From Obrimoposthia wandeli (Eukaryota): a stretch of DNA of 64,000 nt. The position numbers were made by a program, and so were the translations under genes. Positions 40,001-52,000 of this stretch are shown piece after piece (within the stretch, counting starts at the first letter, position 1; each line of letters begins with the position of its first letter). The notes below the pieces were generated by a model. It searched no databases. It was not told the origin of the DNA and saw nothing but the letters and a program-made list of their open reading frames with translations. The stretch covers positions 372,001-436,000 of the forward strand of contig CDROCS010001432.1 of the NCBI GenBank assembly GCA_977020255.1. The letters run 5' to 3'.

Positions 40001-43000
40001 AAGAAGTTGATCATGAAAAATCAATTGAAGTTGTGATTGGGTTTGATAGTAAAGGAAAATTCTATTACAATTGTATAGATAAAGAAGTGAAAGTAATATA
40101 TGAAAAAAACAAAGTCAGATTTAAAAATCGACTAAAACATTTTTCAAAACCTATTCAAATTATATTTGGATCTGATAGAGAAGCTCTTCAATTTGGTTTT
40201 GACAGTGGACATGTAGTAGGTATGAAGAGATCTGATATAGCTTCATTTAAATCGTTTAAAAATGTTCCTGATAGAGTAACAAAAAGTGTTTTTAGTTGAA
40301 ACGAGACCAAAGTATGTAGTGGAACTGAAAATGTTTTATAAAGATTATAAATTAGATAGTGAAGATAATTTCTGTAAATTAATACAGAAGGTATGTAGTG
40401 AATATTTCGATAAATGTTTAACATTAAAAATTGGTAAAATAACGTTTACAGTAAAGAGCAATATAATACGAGTTTTATTTGATGATAAACTCGCTAAAAA
40501 CCTTGGTTTAAACAGAAATACCTTTGAAACCCATACAATAAAAACCATAAAAGCTAAAAATAAGGCAAAACTTTCAAATGCTGTTAATCATTTATATATT
40601 TATACTAATTTAATAGAACCAACGCTTGTAGGAGGACAGCGAGTTCCACTTTTGAGAACAATATGGATATCTAAAAATGAAACTAAAGATGGGGACGCTG
40701 TCGGTATGTGTATAGATCAACCAATGTATCTTCCAGTTTCCCTCTTTTCTATAATTAATATTGAAGTAAATATTAGAGATGATTCCGGACAACTAATAGA
40801 TTTCACGTACGAGGCCAAGACAAGTTTAACAATACATTTAAGAAAACAAAATGGCGAATCCAGCAATAATTTAAGCTTATAGTAATTAAGCTTATAGTAT
40901 AGCCAACAAGGTGGAGAATTACCATATTTTGTTGGTAAACAATATGGATCTGGCTGGCTTAGAACATTAGGTAAATTTGCATTTTCCTCTTTTAAAGAGA
41001 CTCGGGCGGTTTATATCAAAATTAGGAAAGGATTACCTTTCATCTAATGACAATAAACTAATACCAACTTTTAAGAAGCATGCGCTTGATGAACTTGATA
41101 ATGTTTTACCTGAAGTTGCTAATTTGATTAGAAAACGTAAATCAAATAAAAGCCAAGGAGGTAGTGGATTTAAAAGTAAAAAGAAGCTAAAAATTAATAT
41201 AAACAAACGTAAGAAAGTTGAAGGAACAATATTTGCAAAATGAGTTGCGCCAAAACTGAATTATGTATTTTTGATAAACCGCTTCCACAAGTAGTTGTAG
41301 ATAATGCTTCCTTTGAAGAAATATTTCTAGTTAACTCAGTTTCAGGAACCACTTTAACCGATTTAGAATTTAATATTAATGGTTCCAATAGCAATTATTT
41401 AGATTTGAATGATACTTTGCTTTATGTTCAAATAAAAGTATTAAATCGGGATGGTACCAATTTAGATGAAAATGCCGATGTAACACCTGTAAATTTTCTC
41501 TTTAATTCTTTATTTAATGATGCCATTGTTACTCTTAATAATGTCAAAATTGAAGGTGGAAATTCTTCCTATGCTCATAAAGCTTTGATTGAAAGTCTTT
41601 TGAATTATAGTACTGATACTCAAAATACTAATTTGGCAACCATTGGTTATAATAAAACGGTCGCAACTTGCAAAGAATGGATTGCAGGTTCTAAAGCTTA
41701 CGAAATGTGTGGGTCTTTGAGATTGAATTTCTTTGAACAAGTGAAATATTTAATTGCCGGTGTTAATGTACATCTTCGTTTGAAACGTAATAAATGGAAT
41801 TTTTCTTTGATAAGCCCAGACGTTCTGAAACCTAGACTTGATGTTTTGGATGCAAAATTGTATGTCCGAAGAGTTAAAACCGAGCAATCAGTTTTAAGGG
41901 CACATAATATAGGAATGTAAAAAACAATGCTTGTTATCCTATTAGAGAAACTAAACTTATATCCTACTCTTTAGGTACGGGTACACAAGCTTTTAATAAG
42001 GATCAAATTTTTGGTGATGTAAGATTACCGAAATTCATTTTAATTTCTTTTCAAAAAACTGCAAAGTATCTATGAAATTATACGACAGATGCAACTCAAT
42101 TTGACAATCTTAATGTAGGTTCAGTGACACTTTCAAGAAATACTGATTATCGCGAAACATATAAAACATATTTCAAAGGTAATGCTTATGCTTTGGCTTA
42201 TATCCAATCTATTATTCGGAATTTGGGCCAACTAGATAAAAATATAAACAATGGTATTTCTTTGCCTGAGTTTAAAAGCAGCTGCCCCTCCTTCACATTT
42301 GGTTTGGCACCAGACTTTGATATAAACCAATGCCAACTACCAAAGGATGGAAATTTACGACTAGAAATTAAGTTCAATGCAGCTTTAACACAACCTACTA
42401 CGGTGCTTATTTATGGAGTATTTGATTCGGAAATACAAATCAATTAAAACAGAACTGTCATATTATAGAATGAAGTAAGACATTTTTTAAATTTATATTT
42501 ATTAATTTTTATTTAGTTCATTACAAGTACAAGAATCAGCAGAGAAGGTCCTGGGTGATAAATTCAATGGAGTTTATCCTATTGATATGATTCCATTTTT
42601 TCAATCTGGAGGTTATATTATCAATACTCATACTTCGAATTTACCAGAAGAACATTGGATAGCTATTTATGTTAGAGAGTGGACAATACATGTATTTGAT
42701 CCACTTGTAATGTATTATCCACACAAACTTGTTTCAACTATTCAAAAAGGACGAAGAAGAGTATTTTACAACAAGATACAATATCAGGATCCTGCGACAG
42801 GAAACTGTGAACATTTATGTATTTTATGGTTATCGTTGCAAAACGATTAGTGTGTTATAAAAATAAATATTTATGGGTATCAAATAAGTTGTCCCTAAAC
42901 ATTACCGGTAATCATTGATTATTTAAACTAACATTCCTACATTCTAAAAAGAAAGAGTCAGTGTCCCCAGCTGCGATTTTGATCATACAATCGAATTATT

Positions 43001-46000
43001 GTCGATATTTCTCTAATTCTATGTATTGAAGCTCGTACATTCTGAGTTTAGAAATGTCTAAAACCGTTTGACCTATATAACTCGGTCGATCGAGACAAAT
43101 ACTCTGTTTTCCTAATAGCACTGCTACCAAGTCATCTGCAATTGTAAAACTACGCTTGAAGTTGTACTTGCTAGTATATGTTATTAGTTTACGCTCATCA
43201 TTGCAAAACCGTAGACAAATACGTTTCCGAAAGTCCTCTACAGTTTTTCCAAGTAGAATTGAAGAAGCCGCCAATGCACAACATAATTCAACTTGTCTTC
43301 AACAATAATTTCTTAACCTTTGAATTAAGTGGGCATTGATGAACAGGCGCTACTGAAAGATCATCTAATTTATCATGCACATTGGAAGGGATTGTTAAGT
43401 CAACCTCAATCAAATAGCCGATGTCTGATGAAACTGTATCAACAGTAGCCAAATCTGTCATCAACTTATTCAACTCTTCCTCATCATAAACCCACTTAAA
43501 GTTGGCATGAGGTAGAGGTTGAGTAAGCGCCCACCCATACAAATTAATAATGTCGATGTAGAGAATCTCCGTGGATTGATTATTGACAACATGATGTTTG
43601 TGGACAAAAGTCATTCCACCGCGTATACCATAATCATATATTTGATACATCGCTGGATCTTGCAGTAACTCGATATTAATTTTAAGAGTTTTTATTGCTG
43701 TTGCCCATGAAAGACATGGTAAACTAAAGAAATTCATGGGATCTAGCTCATATTCTGCTAAAGATTTTACACGAAAGGACTCAAAAACATCAGCTAAAAG
43801 ATAAATGTCTAATTTCATATAATAAAGCATATATTCTAAAAGATTTCGACAATTATTCGCCCAAAATGTATGGGCCTCATTATAGTCTTGAAGAATTACA
43901 CTTTCAAATTCAGTTATGGGTATGATTTCTGTAGTATTTTCTAAATCTGCTTAGTGTATCCAACGCATAATTAAGTATATGATGCAAATCATATCCTTTG
44001 AGGTTATGAAACACGATGGGAATTCGTGGTTTTTTAGGGAGACGACAGCCAAGGTTACAGAGGTTGCACAGGTTGCACGCCGCTCCCAAGTATCGCCCCG
44101 TAACATGATCGTGATCTCTGAAAAACTTAGACTGGGTTCCACACAAATAACATAATCTACAAGAATTAAAATTAACCCAGTCTATGCCTGTCATGATCAT
44201 TGCTTGATGAGCATTAAGATCATACCACGGTTTGACAATTGTTGTTCCTAATTCTTCTAATTTTAACATAAAATCTAAAATACAATTTGGACCGGAAAAT
44301 TTATGATACTGTGTAATATTGGGGCCTAAGAATAGTAGTCCTGCCGAAGCCGGTAGGTTAATACTCTTATACTGGTCGTGCAATGCTAAAATTCCTAACA
44401 AATCTGTTCGATTGTTGATAAAAGGTCTCTTTTTTGCATACGAATCCACTGCTTCCTCTAGACTAGTGTTGTTCTTTGCCATTACAAATTTGTCGATAAT
44501 ACCAGACAGTATCTTTGCGCACTCCTCGTTGACATCGTAGTTTCGCAGTAACCCAAAAATATCGTCTTAGGCCCCCTGCAGGAAGTTATAATTACTCCCG
44601 TTGTTTACCTGCGCTTCATTATTTCTCTTCCTGCCCATGTCAAAGTTTTCAGATCTTATTATTTTTATTCAGAATTTTTAAACAAATTTTTTGTTTTTTT
44701 GTTTGTTGGATCATTGACAAAATGCTCATTTTCAGGCACACGAATCCGCTGTTGTTTGTTGTTGTTGTTGTTGTTTTTTTAAGGGCCTTTTCTACTTTAC
44801 GTAGGTCCAGGTCTCAATCTTCTCCAGTTCCTTGGCTGACAACCTATCCAGGGTCCCAGTTGTATGACTCGAGAATTTAGCCCACGAGGCCGCTGTATGT
44901 TCGATGGTTTTCAGGGTTAGTCGGATCTTGATATCCTTGATCTCCTTTGCTTTAAACCAGCATTTGCAAAGATCCGGTTATTGATTTCAGGCCAGTAGCC
45001 GAGGGTCCCGATCTTTAGCGCGTAGAGTTGCACGAGTTTTTCTGCGTGGCGGGTCTTTAGCATTTTAACGAGCTCCGCGTATTTGGACATAGTTTCGGTG
45101 AGCCTCAGATCAAATGACATGACAGAGTCAAACGGGATCTTGATCTCTATCAGCATCACCTTATAGTCAGTCTCGATCGTTATGTCTGGTCGTGGTCTGC
45201 GGCTGTTTCCGTTATCGTCTACACATAAGTGGGTCAGCTCTTGAGTTACCTGTCCTGGATATTTTAGTTCCATGACCCTTGCAGTTTCCCGGCAGATCAT
45301 GTCGTGTCTTTGAATTCGTAGTTTTGCTATGAGCTTACAACCAACGATTGCATGGCTCATCGACTCTCGCTCCTGGCATCCCTTCCTGCATGGGGCGATC
45401 ATATCAGTCCTGGGGCCTCGTACCTTCATGCGCCCGCACCTTGCGCGGTGGATGAAGAACCACCCTCGGTACGTCAGAAGGCCCTTCATGATGGCCCGGT
45501 TAATGTCTGTGTCTGATGTGGCGTTCTTATATATTGGACTCGCTAGCTTGTCTTCGAGAACCTTGTGACTCTGGCTGAGTTGCACAATGTTATGCATGGC
45601 CTTACTTGTGGCCTTGTAGGCCTTGAACTACATGAGAAAACTGCGTCCACGGGCGCTGGTTATGAACAGATTGAGTGCTTGGTCCTTCTCAATCAGTTCT
45701 AGTTTGATATTTAGCTCATTCTGGAATTTCTTGGCTGCGTGGAACAGCCGCGTCCAAAGTCCCGTATCTTTCATGTTAGTGGCTAGGGTCCCTTCATTAA
45801 ACCCCTGAACTGCTTCGGAGAAGGTCATTGGCAGATTAGGAAACTTCAATTGTTCGGTGAGCTCACGCCTGAATAGGTTCTTCAGGTCCCTGTCGCGTGC
45901 ATTTGCCATCTTTATCGTCTGGATGATGGACTGGATGTTATATTCGTCCTCAATCCTTGTCAGCCCAAGACCTCCACGGTCCTTGTGCACATAGAGAACT

Positions 46001-49000
46001 CCGATAGGGCTGTTGGCTAAGTCTAGTCCAGCGATTGGTTTTATGACTTTCCTTAGGAGTCCTTCTAAGCCCCTTTCGTCTGTTCGGTTGCAGGATAAGC
46101 GGGAGTGTACCAGGTTTCCCTGTCTGAATACAAATATCAGCTTTGAGTGAATGAAGGTATTGTATGCGTCAGTCTTTTGATACGGTCTTAGTTCGCTTTT
46201 TGCCACTGCCGTGGTCAGTCGAAGCACCTCAGCCAACAGCTCCTCGCAATGTTGCTTGGCGTTTGCAGTCCTGTCGTTGCCAAGGTATCGGTATGGCGTG
46301 TCCGCAGTTACCTCTGGTATTTTTTCTCCTCTCAACATGAGATTGTCAGCTAGTTTGTCTTTCCTGTAAGGTATTCGTAGGACACCACACTTGCTGGGCC
46401 GGAATGTCAGCTGTAGTGTACTCGCAGTCTTGTCAGCGGTATTGATCAGGGCCTGGAGTCCTTCTTTGGAGCTAGATATGAGTGCAAGGTCATCGGCGTA
46501 TGCCAGGGTCCGGATTTCTTCACCTGTTTCAAATCTGTATCCTGAGCCATGGCTTTGGTTTGTGGCCTCTATTACCGGATTGATGCTCATATTAAATAAG
46601 AGCATCGATAGTGGACACCCTTGTCGCACTCCTCGTTTTATTGGGATCCGGTTGATTTTCCTGTCACCACAGACAATGTTGGTCATATTCTGCTTATATA
46701 CATCTTCAAGCAGTCTGATAGCGGCTGGGGCCACGTTAATTCTTTCCAGCATTCCCCAAATGAAAGAGACTGGCACCGATCCAAAGGCATCGGCCAGATC
46801 TAGGAAGGCGATGTAGGCGCAGCCTTGGTTCCTCTTTCGCAATACTTCTGAGGTGATCAGGCTAATCACCGTGTTGTGCTCATAGCACCCCTCGTAGGCA
46901 CCAAGAGATTTTTGTCGTGGATCCAGTATTTTATTCTTCCAGGCCCAATCACTCATCCGTCTTGTGATGATTGACGCAAATATCTTGTAGACGTTAATTT
47001 ATGATACTGTGTAATATTGGGGCCTAAGAATAGTAGTCCTGCCGAAGCCGGCAGGTGAATACTCTCATACTGGTCGTGCAATGCTAAAATTGACTCAAAA
47101 TCTACATACACCCTGAAATCCACGGGTATGCATTTTGCCCAATTCCTGAATTTTAAATCCTTAGGCATGCTATATAGCGTATTGTCATCAGGATTCAGTG
47201 AACATAATGTCAGATGTTTGCTGTAAGAGAGCTCGGATCGGAACCCATGCAAACATCTATGACACCACTTACACCTTATCCTAACCGGTAAGGCTCCATT
47301 ATCTAAATTTAGAAGACGATCTAAACTGGGAATTGCAGCATAATGGAATTTATTATTATGTTCGAGCAAAATTAAGTTGACCTGAGTCCCCTCATTTTTG
47401 CTCCTATAAATTACATCTACAAAAGGATTTTTAAAAATTTCTTCATCTGTTACATTAACTGGGATATCAGTATTATATTTGAATACATTAATACTCAAGT
47501 TATTAAGGTGTTCAAATCTCGATATCGCAGTTAATTTAACAGGAAAATCTATTTCATGATACTGCAATTCATTTAAAAAAGGGGTATATTTACTGACACG
47601 CTCTCTATGCTCAGTAATTACATCCCTTTTGAGGATGGCCAACACGCTATACAGAAAGCAAAGGTTATCACTGTTTTGTATGTTAACAATGAAACGTGAA
47701 AGTTGAAGAGATCTAGGTGAAGGAATGTATGAACTCCCCGAAAGATATATCATGTCAGTGAACTTTGTTAGAACAAAGCTAACATCGTGAATTCTAACTA
47801 GAGTCCATCCACTACTTAACTCGCTATAATTAGCAATTTTCTCCTCATTGACATTTTTAAACTGCACTGTTGTGCAAAATTAGCCTGTCCTAATTTAGTC
47901 ACTTCTAATTTTAAAAGATTTTCATTATTTGAATCTACACCTACGTTTAATAAAATTTCATTTCCTAATGGCACCTTAACTATAACATATTTATTATTTA
48001 GGTGATACTCTATAGTAGCACCGTTTTCTCTACGTTTTTTGGGTGGGACCTTATTAAGAAATTGGCCTCGTCTCTTTCTTCCTACAGTCGCTGACAAACC
48101 TCCCCCTAATTGAACGGAAAGACAACTATTTATATTAAATGTTGAAGTGGTGCTGCCGATATTGAGGCAATCGCAGCTGATGTGGAAGAGGCTGCTATTG
48201 GACATGCTGCCGATGTTGATGCAATCACAGCTGATGTAGACGGTGCTGCTATTAATGGTGCTGCCGCAGATGATACAATGGCAGTTGTAGATGCTGCATT
48301 TGGAGTAGTAGCAGGCATTGTCGATGCATTTTCTCGATTAATATCAAAAGTTAAAAATCAGATGTATAAACCACTTACTTGAACAACATCGATAATATTG
48401 ATAACATGTACATAAATATGTTGAACTACAACATTAGGCTCGTTCATATGCTCACCTACAATGTTAAGTCCAACCTTAATATGAGGTTAATTTAAAATCA
48501 AGTTGGAAAACTATCAGACAGACCAACAAACTCACTATCATTGTCAATCAATGAAGTTTAAAGTATTTTGACTTAATTCGGGTTCCCAACTATGTACAAC
48601 TGTAAAATCAATTGTTTCTAGGTCTAAATCGTAATTATTTATTTGTATTTTTAAAGAATCTTTAAACTGCAAACATTGTTAACTGGGTTCTATGCCGTAT
48701 AAAAATCGGTACAAGTTAAATATGTAAATAGTTTATCGCATGATGAACAAATAAATCGGTAATAAACATCATCTCTAAAATTAGGAACTGGTAATTTTAT
48801 TTGTTGAATAAATATCTTCTCATTCTCAATCAAATATACAGAGTTAAGATTTACCATAGGCCATAAGTAAGCTTATATTGTTACAGTATTATGACGTTTG
48901 TTTATAGTAGAACGTCGTCGTCGTCCACTACCTCTTTTTGCTCTGCAATTGCTGCTGATGGATGTGATTCAATATTCTGCTTTCGTTACTGTCGCTTTTT

Positions 49001-52000
49001 TAATAATGATATATACATTATTTTTTGCCGACCTAGCTTCGGGTATCATACCACCGACTTCATACATATATATACTACCTAATCCATTCAATAGTGGAAA
49101 GCAATACGTGCAAGATTTTAAAGCCATTCTGAAACATACTGTTTATATCTAAAATAAATTTATCGCCATGTTGACTCGCATTATGCATATTGACTATACT
49201 CATACTGGTTTAAAATATAATGTACTTTGGGTTTTCGCTTCGTATGAAAATTCTGGAAATTGACCACTATCATCACAAATATTAATTTCAATATTGTTTA
49301 TAGATGCAATTGAAACAGATAAGTACATTGATCCATTGATACATTTGAACATTCACAACATATCCATATCTTTTGTTTGGGTCCACCCATGTTGTACCCA
49401 ATAGTGAAACGCGAAGGTCACGTACTAACATCGTATCTACAATTCTCGAGAAGGCTTTTGTTTATATACATAATGACATCCTTATGTAAAAATAGAAATA
49501 TGTAACTATGTGGTTGCATCTTTAAACGAATCAATTAAATATTGTCTATTAGGTGGAAAAGATTTTCGTGCTTCAAAACCAATAACAGTCTAATCTCTTA
49601 ATTTCCTTAATAAAATCAAATAATGAACGTTTAAGACTCCTGTACTATGTTGACAACTTTGATGAAAAATGTTTTGAGTAATAAGTATAACTGTAACATA
49701 ACTATGCCTGTCTATCTTTGGAAACAACTTATTAAATTCCAAATGTTTATTAGTTTCTTTATACAAATCATCAATAAGAACATCATTAGATTTTAGTTGA
49801 TCTGAACAACTTTTGTCAAAACCATCTATAAATATAACGGGGTTTAGTTTAAATAGTTCAGACATGACAAATACATCATAATGTCAATAGATTTCGTTAA
49901 AGTTCTAGTAAAATACTGTATTATCTTGCAGTAATTTGATTATATAATGGGTTTTACCACTACCACTTGGTTCAACTATCTGATAAACTAGATTATTTTT
50001 TAAATTTCTTAACCCCTAAATATAGAAATCATCAAGACAAAAGATTGTTTATGATATACCTTTTATTAACAAATACAAACATGTAGAACTGAATAATGTG
50101 ATTGAAGTCATGACTATGATTGAATGAATCTTGTTGAAATTGAAAAATATATCAAAATCCTGACACCACTTGATATCTCGATACTGGTAAGTATGCACAA
50201 CTGCTTTGACATTGGCTCGATTACATTCTCGTAATGACCACAAATATCCGTGATGGGCTGGGTTCCATTCATTATTTCATCGACAAGGCATTGAACTTTA
50301 TTATCGTATTCATTCTTATCAGGATATAAATTTCAGTTGTTTATACCATGAAATTTAATATTTCTAACTCGATGTAAAAGAAAACAGTTGCACAAGAGAC
50401 ATGTAATGAATTGTTTTGAACATTTAATACATTTGAACTTTTCGATGCATCTTATTCATGATTCGGTCTGCTTACCGTACATTGCAATGCACATTGTACA
50501 TTTGACATTCTGCATTTAAATATACAAAGTTGTCACTTTCTAATAGTTTCTGTCTTTCAATTGCAGCTGTACCGCGGAAATAGAACCTCAAAGATGTCGT
50601 CAGTACACTTCGATGCATTTGATTCTCCCAACTACCCGGCACTGGCGAGTCTGGGTGTGGAGGTGGTGGTGCACTCTCAGCTAATTCGCTCGAGTCCTGA
50701 CGGCCACTTCAGAGTCTCAACCAATCTCTGTCCCGATGTCAGCGTACTGCGCATGTTTCCGTCCATCACCACCCAGACCCTCGCAGCATTTCTCACCCCA
50801 CCTGTACAAGGTCCGTCACTATTCTACATAATTATATTGACATTTGTATGGTGATTTTGACAATACATTACTTATATTTATAAGTGATATATTATTTACC
50901 ATTTCAATCAAATTAAACTGTTATTGTTAAAATGTTGTCTATGATTTATTACCCAATATTGCAGGAGTTGTGCTGCAGACCTATGGGGCCGGTAATGTAC
51001 CTCTGTCTCGCAAGGACATTCTGCGCCTATTTCGAATGGCCACCAACAACGGTGTCATCATAGTCAACATCAGCCAGTGCTGGAAAGGCGGAGTAAAGTC
51101 GATCTACCGGACAGGATCCATTCTCGCCGAATATGGAGTCATTTCAGGCATGGTGAGACACTCGCAGGAAGACTTACACGTACAAGATCCTATAATTTAC
51201 AAAGAAATTCCCATACTGTTAATATTGTTAATGCATTTAAATTTTTATTAAACAAACTTCAGTAAATGTTTAGAATATTTTTTCAATTAGTTAATTTTAT
51301 GTATTACTTTCACCTTTATGGTAATGAATGGTGATATTTTCCTGACTACAAGGCGCGGCTTTTTAACTTTTAAGATGCCAATAAAACAATAGTTTGCTTA
51401 TTAAAAAGTCGTTTCTAATATTTTAATCAGGTAGAGGGATTATTTTGATATCTGATTAATATATGATGTGCACTTTTGTAATAGGCGCACTTCTGTTTTA
51501 TTGGCATTCCAACAGTTACAGAGCCGAGCCTTATAGTCCGGAAATCGGTAATTATTGTGCAAAGCCTGAAAGAGGAACCCGGCTCTCAGGATATGACACC
51601 AGAGGCTGCTCTGTTGAAGCTGGCATACGTACTAGGCAAGTCCGACTGGTCGCTGGAGCGCAGGCGACGAGCTATGCGAGTGTGTCTGTGTGGAGAGCTC
51701 ACGAATCAGCAACCGGCCACTAACTTCAGCAAGGGTCGTCGCCAGAGCCACGACAGCCAAACCCCTGTCAGTGGTTCCAGCGGCCAGTCGTCGATGGCTT
51801 ACGAGCGGCAGGGAATCATCGCTACCGCCATGTGCTCTGCCGCTCGTGCCGGCGATGTTGTGATGCTGACGAGGCTCGGTACCAAGTACAACTGCTGGGA
51901 GGTGAGATTGCGGGGACACTGAAACTCTCGTTCCAAATACCAGACACCGTCAAAGGCAGTGAGAGACAATATATATTATATTACGCGAGAAAGGAATTTC

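Larger units (their letters stand above)
42870..48130 (-). pseudogene. pPolB of copy B, interrupted by a non-LTR retroelement (44394-46995) and several deletions
   Basis: SSGWTL...SGSSYIPSP...NIQNSDNLCF, YVDFES, DHDHVTGRYLGAAC, FHNLKGYDLH, GIRGGMTF and AAGDTDSF motifs. Confidence 0.92.
35643..48200 (+). mobile_element. Polinton/adintovirus copy B, most complete, inside ASPG intron
   Basis: Terminus, ORF X, ORF Y, TBP-like exon 2, ATPase, integrase, penton, MCP, adenain and pPolB in order. All are damaged and no right terminus was found. Confidence 0.93.
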
